DNA of 45,403 bases from Clostridia bacterium (GCA_017533425.1 JAFXIE010000046.1:1-45403), one strand, 5' to 3'. Positions 16,238 through 26,073 are shown, numbered from the stretch's first letter. Notes: generated from the letters alone by a model not told the origin. Numbers and translations are program-made.

Positions 16238-18421
16238 ATGTCCATCACCTTTCATCCCGAGCACAACACCATCAAGCTTGACAGCAGCCGTTTTTCCTAC
16301 ATTCTCAAGATCTATGAGCAGAACTACATTCTGAATATCTACTACGGCGCCCCCATTCCCGATGCCTACATTCCCAAGCGGGAGCAGCGGTATCCCAACG
16401 CCTCCTTCTCCCCCTCCGATCCCATCATCGGCGAGATCGGCCACCGCTTCCGTCCCGACACCACCCCGCTGGAGTATTCCGGCAGCGGCGCCGGCGACTT
16501 CCGCGAGCCCTGCCTTGCCCTGCGCAACGCAAACGGCGATACGGTGACCGACCTTCGATATGACGGCCACAAAATCTATGCCGGAAAGCCGGAAATTCCC
16601 GGACAGCCCTCCACCTATGCAAACACCCCCGACGAGGCCGAGACCCTGGAGCTCTATGCCAAGGATCCCACCACCGGCCTTCGCGTCATTCTCTATTACA
16701 CCGTCTTTGATGCCGCCGGTGTCATGACCCGCCGCGTCCGGGTGGAAAACCCCACCGACAAGGCCTGCGATATCGAGCGGGTTTTCTCCATGTGCGTGGA
16801 TCTGCCCACCATGGACTACGATATGATCTCCCTGTGGGGTCGTCACAACCACGAGCGCTATACCCAGCGCGTGCCGCTGCACCACGGCCTGCAGGGAGTG
16901 GAGAGCCGCCGCGGCGTTTCCGGCCACACCTACAACCCCTTTATGGCGCTGGCCGCCCACGGCGCCGATGAGAATCAGGGCTGGGTTTACGGCTTCAACC
17001 TCGTCTATTCCGGCAACTTCTCTGCCCACGCGGAGTGCGATTTCAACGGCTGCACCCGCGTCACCATGGGCATCAACCCCGTGGATTTCGGCTGGCATCT
17101 CGATCCCGGCGAATTTTTTGATGCGCCCGAGGTCGTCATGGTCTTTACCGACGGCGGCATCGGCGAAATGAGCCGCGTTTTCCACCGCTTCTATAACGAA
17201 AACCTCATCCGCGGCCGCTGGAAGAGGGAAAAGCGCCCCCTGCTCATCAACAGCTGGGAAGCCGCCTATTTTGATTTCAATTCCGACAAGCTGGTTGCCT
17301 TTGCGCATGAGGCAAAGAAGCTCGGCATCGAGATGCTTGTCATGGACGACGGCTGGTTTGGCGTTCGCAATCGGGACAACTGCTCCCTTGGCGACTGGTA
17401 TGTCAATGAGGATAAGCTGCCCGGCGGCCTGACTCCCCTCATCGAGCGCGTCAATGCCGAGGGTCTGAAATTCGGCATCTGGTTTGAGCCGGAGATGATC
17501 TCCCCCGATTCCGACCTCTTCCGTGCCCATCCCGACTGGCATGTGCATGTGGAGGGTCGTCCCTCCATGCCCGCCCGCTTCCAGTATGTGCTGGATGTTT
17601 CCCGGGAGGATGTGCGCGAAAATATCTGGCAGCAGCTCTACGCGATCCTGGCAAACAACAAGATCGACTACGTCAAATGGGACTTCAACCGCAATCTCTC
17701 AGAGGCCGGCTCTGCCCTGCTGCCGCCCGAGCGCAAGAAGGAGTTCTTCCACCGCTTCATCCTCGGCACCTACGATCTGATGGATCGCCTGGTCAAGACC
17801 TTCCCCGACATTCTCTTTGAAAACTGCTCCGGCGGCGGCGGACGCTTTGATCCCGCCATGCTCGCCTACTCTCCCCAGATCTGGGCCAGCGACAACACCG
17901 ACCCCATCGAGCGCCTGGATATCCAGTTCGGCACCTCCATGTGCTATCCCGCCTCCACCATGGGCGCCCACGTTTCCGCGAACCGCCGCGCAGGCTACGT
18001 CACCAAGGGCAATGTCGCCATGTGGGGCACCTTCGGCTATGAGCTCGACCCCGTGAAGCTCACCGATGAGGAGCGCGAGATCATCCGCGGTCAGGTGGCG
18101 GACTATCACAGATACTACGACCTCATCCACTACGGCGATCTCTACCGCCTCATCTCCCCGGCAGAAAATGAGCGCCGCGCCGCCTGGATGTTCGTCTCCC
18201 CCGACAAATCCGAGGCCCTCTTCACCCTCGTCACCACCCGCAGCGTCTTCCGCCTGCCCCTCATCATCAAGTTCCGCGGTCTGGATGCCAAGGCCATGTA
18301 CCGTATCCAGGAGACCGACGAGATCCTCTCCGGCGCCGCCCTCATGAACGCCGGATACTGGTTCATCGACGTCCCCATGGCCGATAAGGAAAGCTATACG
18401 CTGCATCTTGAGCGGGTATAA
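16238..18421 (+). CDS. Alpha-galactosidase (GH36)
   Basis: NSWEAAYFDF, VMDDGWFG, FGIWFEPEM, YVKWDFNR, ENCSGGGGRFD, WASDNTD. Confidence 0.95.
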   Translation: MSITFHPEHNTIKLDSSRFSYILKIYEQNYILNIYYGAPIPDAYIPKREQRYPNASFSPSDPIIGEIGHRFRPDTTPLEYSGSGAGDFREPCLALRNANGDTVTDLRYDGHKIYAGKPEIPGQPSTYANTPDEAETLELYAKDPTTGLRVILYYTVFDAAGVMTRRVRVENPTDKACDIERVFSMCVDLPTMDYDMISLWGRHNHERYTQRVPLHHGLQGVESRRGVSGHTYNPFMALAAHGADENQGWVYGFNLVYSGNFSAHAECDFNGCTRVTMGINPVDFGWHLDPGEFFDAPEVVMVFTDGGIGEMSRVFHRFYNENLIRGRWKREKRPLLINSWEAAYFDFNSDKLVAFAHEAKKLGIEMLVMDDGWFGVRNRDNCSLGDWYVNEDKLPGGLTPLIERVNAEGLKFGIWFEPEMISPDSDLFRAHPDWHVHVEGRPSMPARFQYVLDVSREDVRENIWQQLYAILANNKIDYVKWDFNRNLSEAGSALLPPERKKEFFHRFILGTYDLMDRLVKTFPDILFENCSGGGGRFDPAMLAYSPQIWASDNTDPIERLDIQFGTSMCYPASTMGAHVSANRRAGYVTKGNVAMWGTFGYELDPVKLTDEEREIIRGQVADYHRYYDLIHYGDLYRLISPAENERRAAWMFVSPDKSEALFTLVTTRSVFRLPLIIKFRGLDAKAMYRIQETDEILSGAALMNAGYWFIDVPMADKESYTLHLERV

Positions 18422-18496
18422 ACCGCAAAAAGAATAAAAGCCTGCAACGACGTGTAAAATTGGCGGAGAAATCGCAAAATCTTTCACCAATACATG

Positions 18497-18544
18497 GTAG
18501 GGGCGAACTGTGTTCGCCCGCGGGAGACCGCAGGTCTCCCCTAC
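18497..18544. repeat. GTAG-type REP doublet (REPIN-like)
   Basis: GTAG-GGGCGAAC-tgt-GTTCGCCC followed by the inverted unit GGGAGACC-gca-GGTCTCCC-CTAC. Confidence 0.75.
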
Positions 18545-18576
18545 GGATAAAAATGCTCCGCTGTAAACAAATAAGT

Positions 18577-18611
18577 AACCCCGACAGATTCTTAAAGGTC
18601 TGTCGGGGTTT
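18577..18611. terminator. Bidirectional terminator
   Basis: aaccccgacaga/tctgtcggggtt. Confidence 0.8.
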
Positions 18612-18638
18612 GTGTTATTTTGCTTGATAAAATTGATT

Positions 18639-19073
18639 TTATTCAATTTCTTTTCGTCGCAGATATTCATCAATCAATAACGGCTGAATCAAAGGATATG
18701 TCCATTCTGTAGGAAGGTCATCAAACAAAAAAACACTTTCCATTTCGCTGTGAAGTTCGTTTTCAAATGTTTGAATGTTCGCAAAAAATAGCATGCCGTA
18801 AGTTTCTTCGCCTGTCTGATTTACTCTATTCTTTCCAATCACAGAGTAAACACAAACAGGGACAATCTCAAAATGTTGTGCTCCGGTTTCTTCAGATAGT
18901 TCTCGTTTTGCAGTTTCGATTATTGACTCATTGGGTTCTCTATGCCCTCCGGGTATTTCATAGGTGTTTCTTTCTTTGTGTTTGCAAAATACCCACTTCC
19001 CATTATGCTTTGAAATGATTACTGCAAATTTTAACAATTCATCAGATACAGATTCATAGAAATTGACTTTCAT
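18639..19073 (-). CDS. NUDIX hydrolase (AT-rich)
   Basis: Nudix box GGHREPNESIIETAKRELSEETG. Confidence 0.92.
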   Translation of the reverse strand: MKVNFYESVSDELLKFAVIISKHNGKWVFCKHKERNTYEIPGGHREPNESIIETAKRELSEETGAQHFEIVPVCVYSVIGKNRVNQTGEETYGMLFFANIQTFENELHSEMESVFLFDDLPTEWTYPLIQPLLIDEYLRRKEIE

Positions 19074-19098
19074 ATATCTTGCCTTTTATTTTTTGTTA

Positions 19099-19926
19099 TT
19101 AAATTTCCGTCACAAGGCCGTCGTAGGTGACCTCAAAGCCTGCGGCGCGTGCCTGGGGCTCCAGATCTTCCCAGAGGACGTCCTTTCCGTTGTGGGAGAA
19201 GTGGTTGACAAAGCAGCGGGTCTCATCATCCACAAGGCCCATGCGCTGCAGACGCTCACGGCAGCGGATATTGCGGCCAAGGCACATATGGCTTGCATAA
19301 TCAAGGTCATCCTCCGTGCCGCCGGTGCAGTCAAAGGAGATCATATCGATATGAAGCTTAAGGCCAGCGAGATAATCCCAGGTCTCATCGGGGAAAATGC
19401 CGCTGTCATGGGCATAGAGAAGGCACTTTCCGTCCTTTTCGATCAGATAAACATAGGGATTCTCGGTGCCGTGGGTAGCCTTCAGCGCCGTCACCGAAAA
19501 ACCGGCAATGGAATTGGGCTGAAAGGGTTTGACTTCGCGAAACTCACCGCGAATGCGGGGATTTGCAAAAATACTTTCCGTAAGGCTACCCACATCGCAG
19601 CTGCCCCAAATCCGGAAGTTTGGCACACCCTCCGGCGTTACAGCAAAGGGGCGGCGCAGATTTCCCAGCTCGGTGGGGTAAAAATGATCCTCGTGGACGT
19701 GGGTTACTATGGCATCGCGAACTTTTGAGAGATCTACACCATATGTCAGACAATGGTGATAGGTATCGGGGCCGAAATCAATAAGCAGACAATCGTCAAT
19801 CAACGTCTGACAGCGCGAACGAACATCCCTGCCGCCGATTCTGCGAACCTTTCGGCACACATCACAGGCACAAAAAACCGCAGGGATACCCTCCGCAGCC
19901 GCAGTACCGAGAAACTGGATTCTCAT
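19099..19926 (-). CDS. MBL-fold metallo-hydrolase (PhnP-like)
   Basis: FLGTAAAEGIPAVFCACDVC, THVHEDH, NHFSH. Confidence 0.85.
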   Translation of the reverse strand: MRIQFLGTAAAEGIPAVFCACDVCRKVRRIGGRDVRSRCQTLIDDCLLIDFGPDTYHHCLTYGVDLSKVRDAIVTHVHEDHFYPTELGNLRRPFAVTPEGVPNFRIWGSCDVGSLTESIFANPRIRGEFREVKPFQPNSIAGFSVTALKATHGTENPYVYLIEKDGKCLLYAHDSGIFPDETWDYLAGLKLHIDMISFDCTGGTEDDLDYASHMCLGRNIRCRERLQRMGLVDDETRCFVNHFSHNGKDVLWEDLEPQARAAGFEVTYDGLVTEI

Positions 19927-19944
19927 TTTTGGTAACCTCCCACC

Positions 19945-20952
19945 TCAAAGTAAGGTAACGCCGTGCTCGGCATAGAGTGAAATGGCCTCCTCCGGCCAGA
20001 TAGAGCTCTGCACCTCGCCAATGTGGGCGCGGCCAAGCAGCAGCATACAAAGCCGGCTCTGTCCAATGCCGCCGCCCATGGTCAGGGGCAGCTCACCGGC
20101 AAGCAGCGCCTTGTGGAAGGGAAGCTCCGCCCGGCTCTCGCAGCCGGAGGCCGCCAGCTGGCACCGCAGGGAGGCCTCATCCACGCGGATACCCATGGAA
20201 GAGATCTCAATGCGTCCATCCAGAGGCTTGTGGTAATACACAAGGTCGCCGTTGAGCTTCCAGTCGTCATAATCGGGGGCGCGGCCATCGTGGGGCTTGC
20301 CGCCGCGCAGGGGCCAGCCGATGCCGATGAAGAAGGCGGCGCCATGCTCCCGCACAAAGGCAAGCTCGCGCTCCTCCTGGGAGAGGCCGGGATATAGATC
20401 CTCCAGCTCCTGGGTGCCGATAAAGGCGACATCGCCCGGAAGCTCGGTATCGATCTCCGGGAAGAGGCGCTTGAGCACCCCAAGGGTACGCACCAGGGCA
20501 ATATGGATGCCCCGGACGGCCTCCCGAAGGGTCTCCTCCGTGCGTGCATCGCGGGAAATGATCTTTTCCCAGTCCCACTGATCCACATAGACGGAATGAA
20601 GGTTATCGGTGGTCTCGTCGCGGCGGATGGCATTCATATCGGTGTAGAGACCGTGTCCCATGGGGAATTTGTACTTACCGAGGGCAAAGCGCTTCCATTT
20701 CGCCAGAGAATGCACGATCTGGATCTCCCGGTCGGGGCACTCGCCCAGATCAAAGGAAACCGGACGTTCCTTTCCGCTGAGATCGTCATTGAGCCCGGAG
20801 GTACGATCCACAAAGAGAGGTGCCGAAACGCGGGTCAGTCCCAGGGCACCGGCAAGCTCGTTCTCAAAGGTATCCTTTGCCACCTTGATGGCCTTCTGGG
20901 TGGTAAAGATATCCATGTTGGGCTTATAGTTTTCAGGGTAGATATGCGGCAT
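19945..20952 (-). CDS. asnA: Aspartate--ammonia ligase
   Basis: VHSLAKWKR, MNAIRRDE, HSVYVDQWDWEK, HDGRAPDYDDW, GGGIGQSR. Confidence 0.97.
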   Translation of the reverse strand: MPHIYPENYKPNMDIFTTQKAIKVAKDTFENELAGALGLTRVSAPLFVDRTSGLNDDLSGKERPVSFDLGECPDREIQIVHSLAKWKRFALGKYKFPMGHGLYTDMNAIRRDETTDNLHSVYVDQWDWEKIISRDARTEETLREAVRGIHIALVRTLGVLKRLFPEIDTELPGDVAFIGTQELEDLYPGLSQEERELAFVREHGAAFFIGIGWPLRGGKPHDGRAPDYDDWKLNGDLVYYHKPLDGRIEISSMGIRVDEASLRCQLAASGCESRAELPFHKALLAGELPLTMGGGIGQSRLCMLLLGRAHIGEVQSSIWPEEAISLYAEHGVTLL

Positions 20953-20976
20953 AGATCGGAGTCACTTCCTTATAAG

Positions 20977-21450
20977 TCAGAGCAAAAGCTCCATATGTCT
21001 TGACTGGGTCTTCATGCCCAGGCTTTCATAAAATGCGATGGCGGAGGCGTTGAATTCGTATACATTGAGAAGCACCTCATCGGCGCCGAGCTCTTTTGCA
21101 TAGGCAATGACATGCTCCATCAGCCGGGTTCCGAGATGGCGGCCGCGGGCGGCCGCATCCACGCAGAAATCATCCACATACACCGTCAGCCGCCGCCGCA
21201 GTACGGAGTTTTCCTCCTGTCGGCGAAGCTGCAGATAGGCCGTTGCGAGGAGCTTCTCCCCTTCCCGCAGGCAGAAAACGGGCTGATCGGGGTCGGAAAG
21301 CAGCTGCGCGAGGGATTCTGCGCTGTGTTTGCAGGCACCGGGCTTAAATTTATCCGGCCGGCCTTGGGCATGGACGCCGCCCACCTGCCTTAGAATGCGG
21401 AGCATTTCGGGAATATCCGAAAGGCCAGCACGGTCGATGGTCACGCTCAC
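20977..21450 (-). CDS. GNAT family N-acetyltransferase
   Basis: VDDFCVDAAARGRHLGTRL, LNVYEFNASAIAFYESLG. GTG start inferred at 21450. Confidence 0.88.
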   Translation of the reverse strand: MSVTIDRAGLSDIPEMLRILRQVGGVHAQGRPDKFKPGACKHSAESLAQLLSDPDQPVFCLREGEKLLATAYLQLRRQEENSVLRRRLTVYVDDFCVDAAARGRHLGTRLMEHVIAYAKELGADEVLLNVYEFNASAIAFYESLGMKTQSRHMELLL

Positions 21451-21454
21451 CCGA

Positions 21455-23596
21455 TTACGCCTCGATTTCATATTCCCGCAGCTCGCCGCGATATTTGCGG
21501 GAGGCGGAGATCTTCTTCCAGCCCTTGGGGAAATGGGGTTCCACCACAACACCAGACTCGGAGGTGTGGCGGATGCCGGCAATGTACTCCACCATCATCC
21601 AAAGGAACCAGGCCACAGAGCCGGTGCCGTAGGAAAGGCTGGAACGGCCGAAATTCTCACCCGGCAGGCTGAAATAGAAGTTCGGGATGAAGGTCGGAGA
21701 CTGGAGGTTGCGCTCGGTGGGGTTCTTGGGGTTGATGGGCAGCACATCATAGAGGGTCTCAAAGGCTGCATCGGCATCGCCGCGGGCAATGTCCGAGGCG
21801 GCCTTGAACATAGTTCCGTGGCAGTAGGCACAGCCGTTTTCGGCGGTGCCGGGGTTCTTTGCGCTGATTCGGCCCCAAATGGCATTGTATTCGCGGAATT
21901 CCGGCGCAAAGAGAAGATATCCGGAATCAATATGCAGCGCATCAAAGCTCTTGACGATGCTTTCCAGCCGCTCGCCGCGGGCAATGCCCGCAAGAATGGC
22001 AAAGGACTGGGCATTGAGGAATTCCTTGGCCTCGGGATCATTATGGGATCCGTAGGGACGGCCGTCATCATCAATGCCGGCAAGATACCAGGCGCCGTCC
22101 CAGGCGCTGCGGTTCATGGCCTCGTCCAGGCGGTCGGCACTGGCGGCGAGCTCCTCATCCGGATGGACGGAAATGAGCTTGCGGATGGCATAGCAAAGGG
22201 CGGCGGTATTCCAGACGGACTCTCCTTTACCCTTGCGGCCGGGGCCGTTGAGGGGATCGGTCCAGTCGCCGTCGAGCATGAGGCACATGCCGTGCTCGCC
22301 GGTCTTTGCGCCCATGTAGCGGGCAGCCTTGCGCAGGTGCTCCAGCACCGTTTCCTTTTCATCGCAGTCGCCGTAGCCGACGAGGGTGTTGTAATACTCC
22401 GGTCTTCCGGACATTTCGATGATATTGACAAAGCAAAGGATAAGCCAGATGGGGCCGTCGGAATGCTCAATGAGGCAGAGCTTCTGGGGAGCGGAGCCGT
22501 CGGTCATGACCCAGCCCTTGATGTAACCGTCGTAGTGCTGGCCACGCATGACGTTGCAGACCACGCGGAATGCATCATCGGGATCGACCAGTGCATAGCC
22601 CATGGCATCCTGCAGCTGGTTGCGGATGGGGCAATAGGTGCCGGCACGGTTAAACTTTCCGAGGAAGAGAGCCTGCTTTTTCAGCCAAACGTTGAGCATG
22701 GCATTGAGATCATCATCGGGGGTGTCGATCCAGAAGCTCTCCAGGCGCTCTTCCCACACGGCACGGGCGGCATCCAGCTGGGCATCCACATTCAGATACT
22801 CCGCCTTCAGGGCAGGAAGCTCCGCAATGGATTTTGCAACACCTGCGAGGATATTGACGGCGGCACTGTCCTCAGCCCCAAGCTCAAAGACAAAATGCAG
22901 GGCGCCGCAGGTCATGCCCTCTTCGCTGACGCCGCAGGCCAGGCGGCCTTCGCGCACCGGAGCAGGAATGACATAGGGATTGTCCGCCCCGAAGAAGCGC
23001 TGGTTGTTGGTTTCATAGCTCTCCGGACGGATGTCGGAGGTGACATAGCAGATGTCCTTCTTTGCCAGGGCATTTTCATACTCTGCATAGTAAACATAAT
23101 AGGGGAAGCCGGCGCGATAGGCAGTGCCGGTGGCCTCGTCCCAGCGGGCGCACTGACCCATGGTGCCCGCCTTGGTCAGCCCAAAGCAGGTGAAAACCTC
23201 GGCGCGCATGGGCGCACCGGAGGTGTTCTCCACCGTGACCGTCCAGATCTCGGCCTCGCCCTTTGCGGGAACAAAGACGCGCACGCAAACGCTGAAGCCG
23301 TCAAACTCCTCGCGCACGGAGCTTTCCGCCATCTCATGGCGGCATTCGTAGCTCTTTCCGGCGCCAACCAGCAGGCGGTAGGCCTCGCCATTGACACGGA
23401 CAAAGAGATCCCGGTTCTCGGTGATATATTCCTTGGTGTTAAAGGTCTTGGACAGGGTGACACCTGCGCCCTGAAGACGCTGGGTGGCATCCAGCATATA
23501 TCCGTCATTGAACAAAAGATTCTTCCAGGGGGTGGGGGTATTGGGGGTGCGGATGGAAAGCACGCGGCCTCCCTCTTCAAAGGACCAGAATCTCAT
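21455..23596 (-). CDS. GH94 glycoside phosphorylase
   Basis: TPTPWKN, RNQLQD, GDWTDPL..GESVW, ENGCAYCH. Confidence 0.85.
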   Translation of the reverse strand: MRFWSFEEGGRVLSIRTPNTPTPWKNLLFNDGYMLDATQRLQGAGVTLSKTFNTKEYITENRDLFVRVNGEAYRLLVGAGKSYECRHEMAESSVREEFDGFSVCVRVFVPAKGEAEIWTVTVENTSGAPMRAEVFTCFGLTKAGTMGQCARWDEATGTAYRAGFPYYVYYAEYENALAKKDICYVTSDIRPESYETNNQRFFGADNPYVIPAPVREGRLACGVSEEGMTCGALHFVFELGAEDSAAVNILAGVAKSIAELPALKAEYLNVDAQLDAARAVWEERLESFWIDTPDDDLNAMLNVWLKKQALFLGKFNRAGTYCPIRNQLQDAMGYALVDPDDAFRVVCNVMRGQHYDGYIKGWVMTDGSAPQKLCLIEHSDGPIWLILCFVNIIEMSGRPEYYNTLVGYGDCDEKETVLEHLRKAARYMGAKTGEHGMCLMLDGDWTDPLNGPGRKGKGESVWNTAALCYAIRKLISVHPDEELAASADRLDEAMNRSAWDGAWYLAGIDDDGRPYGSHNDPEAKEFLNAQSFAILAGIARGERLESIVKSFDALHIDSGYLLFAPEFREYNAIWGRISAKNPGTAENGCAYCHGTMFKAASDIARGDADAAFETLYDVLPINPKNPTERNLQSPTFIPNFYFSLPGENFGRSSLSYGTGSVAWFLWMMVEYIAGIRHTSESGVVVEPHFPKGWKKISASRKYRGELREYEIEA

Positions 23597-23676
23597 AATG
23601 CCTCCTAAAAGATTAAATTCTTACCCGTTATTATAACATATCTTTATTTGAAATTAAAGAGGTGGGGGCATACATC

Positions 23677-23706
23677 GTATAAATTTCTCCCAGGCTGCGC
23701 AAAATA
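23677..23706 (+). promoter_or_regulatory. Possible sigma-G-type forespore promoter
   Basis: GTATA-18 bp-CAAAATA upstream of a spore coat-like gene. Confidence 0.4.
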
Positions 23707-23734
23707 CAGCCACAAACGGAAAGGAGAATGAACC

Positions 23735-24187
23735 ATGACCCTCACCCAAAAGGAATATGAGCTTCTCAAGGATCTCAAGGATCAGGAAAACCTCTGCGCC
23801 GAGAAATACACCCGCGCCGCAGAAGCCGCCGTGGACGGCCAGCTCAAAGGCCTCTTTACCCACCTTGCCGACAACGAGCGGCAGCATCTTGCCACCCTCT
23901 GCGAGATCGAATGCTGCACGCCCCCTGCCCCTGACTGCACGGAAAAGCCTCTTCCCTCCTTCACCCAGACCTACACCGGCGCAAATTCTCCCGACAAGGC
24001 GGGAGATGCCTTTCTCTGCACGGATATGCTCACCGCAGAGAAGCACGCCTCCTCCCTCTACGACACCTGTATCTTTGAATTTGCCGATGAAGGGGTCCGG
24101 AAAGCCCTCAACCACATCCAGAAGGAAGAGCAGAACCACGGAAAAATGGTCTACGACTATATGCACGCAAACCATATGTACGGATAA
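23735..24187 (+). CDS. Spore coat protein, ferritin-like (CotF-like)
   Basis: Duplicated ExxH helices (ENLCAEKY..ERQH; AEKH..Y..EEQNH) and YMHANHMY end. Confidence 0.75.
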   Translation: MTLTQKEYELLKDLKDQENLCAEKYTRAAEAAVDGQLKGLFTHLADNERQHLATLCEIECCTPPAPDCTEKPLPSFTQTYTGANSPDKAGDAFLCTDMLTAEKHASSLYDTCIFEFADEGVRKALNHIQKEEQNHGKMVYDYMHANHMYG

Positions 24188-24191
24188 TTTG

Positions 24192-24231
24192 AAAGGCGGC
24201 AGAGATCCCGATGATCTCTGCCGCTTTTTTT
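24192..24231. terminator. Bidirectional terminator
   Basis: gcggcagagatc/gatctctgccgc plus T run between convergent genes. Confidence 0.85.
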
Positions 24232-25288
24232 ACTTCAGTCTCCGCTGGAGTGCCTCCGGCCGCAGGGCATACTGCAGGGCGGTCTCCCGCGAGATGCGCC
24301 CCTCCCGGAAAAGCTCCAGAATGGCATCGTCCATGGCCACCATTTCCGCATCCCCCGCCGCAGAAACCAGCGCATCCAGCTGATGCACCCGGGATTCGCG
24401 GATGAGATTGCGCACCGCAGGGGTCGCATGGAGAATTTCAAACACAGGCACCAACGCACCGTCCTGCGTGGGAATGAGCTGCTGGGAAATGACGGAATTG
24501 AACACCATGGCCAGCTGCACACGGATCTGCTGCTGTCCCACCGGGGGGAAGCAATCGATGATGCGATCCACGGTGTTTGCCGCGCCGAGGGTGTGCAGGG
24601 TGGAGAAAACGAGATGCCCCGTCTCCGCGGCCGTCATGGCGGTGGAGATGGTTTCGTGGTCGCGCATCTCCCCCAGCAGAATGACATCCGGCGACTGGCG
24701 GAGGCTTGCCCGCAGTGCGGTGACATAATCCTTTGTATCGATCTGGATTTCCCGCTGGGAGATGATGCACCGGTCATGCCGGTGGAGATACTCCACGGGA
24801 TCCTCCAGAGTGATGATATGCCCATCCCGGGTGTGGTTGATGCGGTCAATGATGCAGGCAAGGGTGGTGGATTTTCCGCTGCCGGCGCTGCCGGTGATGA
24901 GGGTCAGACCCTTGTGCTGACCGGCCACGGCCATGACCCTTTCGGGGATGCCCAGCATCCGATAATCGGGAATGCCAAAGGAGATGATGCGGATAACGGC
25001 GGCAAGGGATCCCCGCTGCTTATAGGCGCTGACGCGCAGGCGCACCTTGCCGGGAACGGAGATGCAGAAATCGTCATCCCCGGAGGAAACCAGGCGTTCC
25101 ATATCCCGCCCGGCAATGCCGTAGGCCTCGGCGATGATGCGCTCCGACTGATCGGGCATGATGGCAGACTCGGAAATACAGCTGAGATTCCGGCCTGCCT
25201 TGCAGCTCACCGCCTTGCCGGGAACGACAAAGATATCCGAGGCGGAACGCGCCAGGGCAGTATCCAAGATTTGCAGAAAGGACAGCAT
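24230..25288 (-). CDS. pilT: PilT/PilU-family type IV pilus ATPase
   Basis: Walker A GSAGSGKST, Asp box TLEDPVE, Walker B LLGEMRD, His box GHLVFSTLH, AVRNLIRE. No PilB N-terminal domain or Zn motif. Confidence 0.88.
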   Translation of the reverse strand: MLSFLQILDTALARSASDIFVVPGKAVSCKAGRNLSCISESAIMPDQSERIIAEAYGIAGRDMERLVSSGDDDFCISVPGKVRLRVSAYKQRGSLAAVIRIISFGIPDYRMLGIPERVMAVAGQHKGLTLITGSAGSGKSTTLACIIDRINHTRDGHIITLEDPVEYLHRHDRCIISQREIQIDTKDYVTALRASLRQSPDVILLGEMRDHETISTAMTAAETGHLVFSTLHTLGAANTVDRIIDCFPPVGQQQIRVQLAMVFNSVISQQLIPTQDGALVPVFEILHATPAVRNLIRESRVHQLDALVSAAGDAEMVAMDDAILELFREGRISRETALQYALRPEALQRRLK

Positions 25289-25297
25289 ATACACCTC

Positions 25298-25717
25298 TCA
25301 ATTCCCGCCGGTCCACACGGAAATGGCATCCGACGGATTCCAGCGTTGGGTATTTTCGACACGCCAGGAGAGAATTTCCATCTCCCCATCAAAGCGAAGG
25401 GTCACGGCAAGCACCTGGCGGTCATCCAGGGGCACCCCATAGGATACGAGGTTTTCCCGCACCGTGCACGCATATTCTTCTGCACAGGACTCCAGCCGCT
25501 GCTCTGAATAGGCAGCCTCCAGCGCCCGGGCAATGTGCGCCGCCTCGGCATCCGCAAGATAAAAGGCAGCTTTTGCATCACATACGGTTACAGCTCTCGA
25601 AAGCTCTGCACGCGCCTTGGTCAGGGAAGTGACCGAAAAGATCGCCATCACCACCAGAGCAAAGGAAACCCCCAAAGAAACAAGGCCGACAGGGCCAAAA
25701 AAGCGTCGGTTATTCAC
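25298..25717 (-). CDS. Pilin-like protein (no E5)
   Basis: Basic N-terminus, Gly, single hydrophobic helix, then 'AAFYLADAEA' resembling PilX/GspK-type minor pilins. Confidence 0.55.
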   Translation of the reverse strand: MNNRRFFGPVGLVSLGVSFALVVMAIFSVTSLTKARAELSRAVTVCDAKAAFYLADAEAAHIARALEAAYSEQRLESCAEEYACTVRENLVSYGVPLDDRQVLAVTLRFDGEMEILSWRVENTQRWNPSDAISVWTGGN

Positions 25718-26073
25718 AATGCACCTCCCACGCGGAAGGAAAGGATGCAGGCATCCGCTTCAAATGCCTGCACCTGCATTTCACCGCCTGAAAAGCTGAA
25801 GCGCAGCGTAAAATCGGAGGTTTCATAGCAAAGCTCCCCGTCGACAGAGGGAATGTTCAGGCGCTTTGCAACAGAATCCGGATCCCCGGTGGCGCGGAAG
25901 GTCTCCGCCGCCATGACGGCGGCCTCCATGGCCGCATTGCGCACGCGGGCATCATCCCTGGCCTTAGCCGCCGCGCCGAAGGCCCGCAGGCAAACCGCCG
26001 CACCAAGGGAGAAGACCAGCAGCATGGCCGCAATTTCCAGGATCAGAAGTCCTGCACCCCGGCGATTATCCAT
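25714..26073 (-). CDS. Prepilin-like protein
   Basis: MDNRRGAG|LLILE fits a class III signal with Gly(-1) and Glu(+5), followed by a hydrophobic helix. Confidence 0.65.
   Translation of the reverse strand: MDNRRGAGLLILEIAAMLLVFSLGAAVCLRAFGAAAKARDDARVRNAAMEAAVMAAETFRATGDPDSVAKRLNIPSVDGELCYETSDFTLRFSFSGGEMQVQAFEADACILSFRVGGAL

Noticed and set aside
21329-23608. 759 aa plus-strand ORF, and similar long antisense ORFs such as 38849-40897, 31420-33000, 34097-35641, 6444-7805 and 27639-29081
   Set aside because: They are shadows of well-supported genes on the opposite strand, expected from GC-rich codon bias. They show no recognisable motifs.
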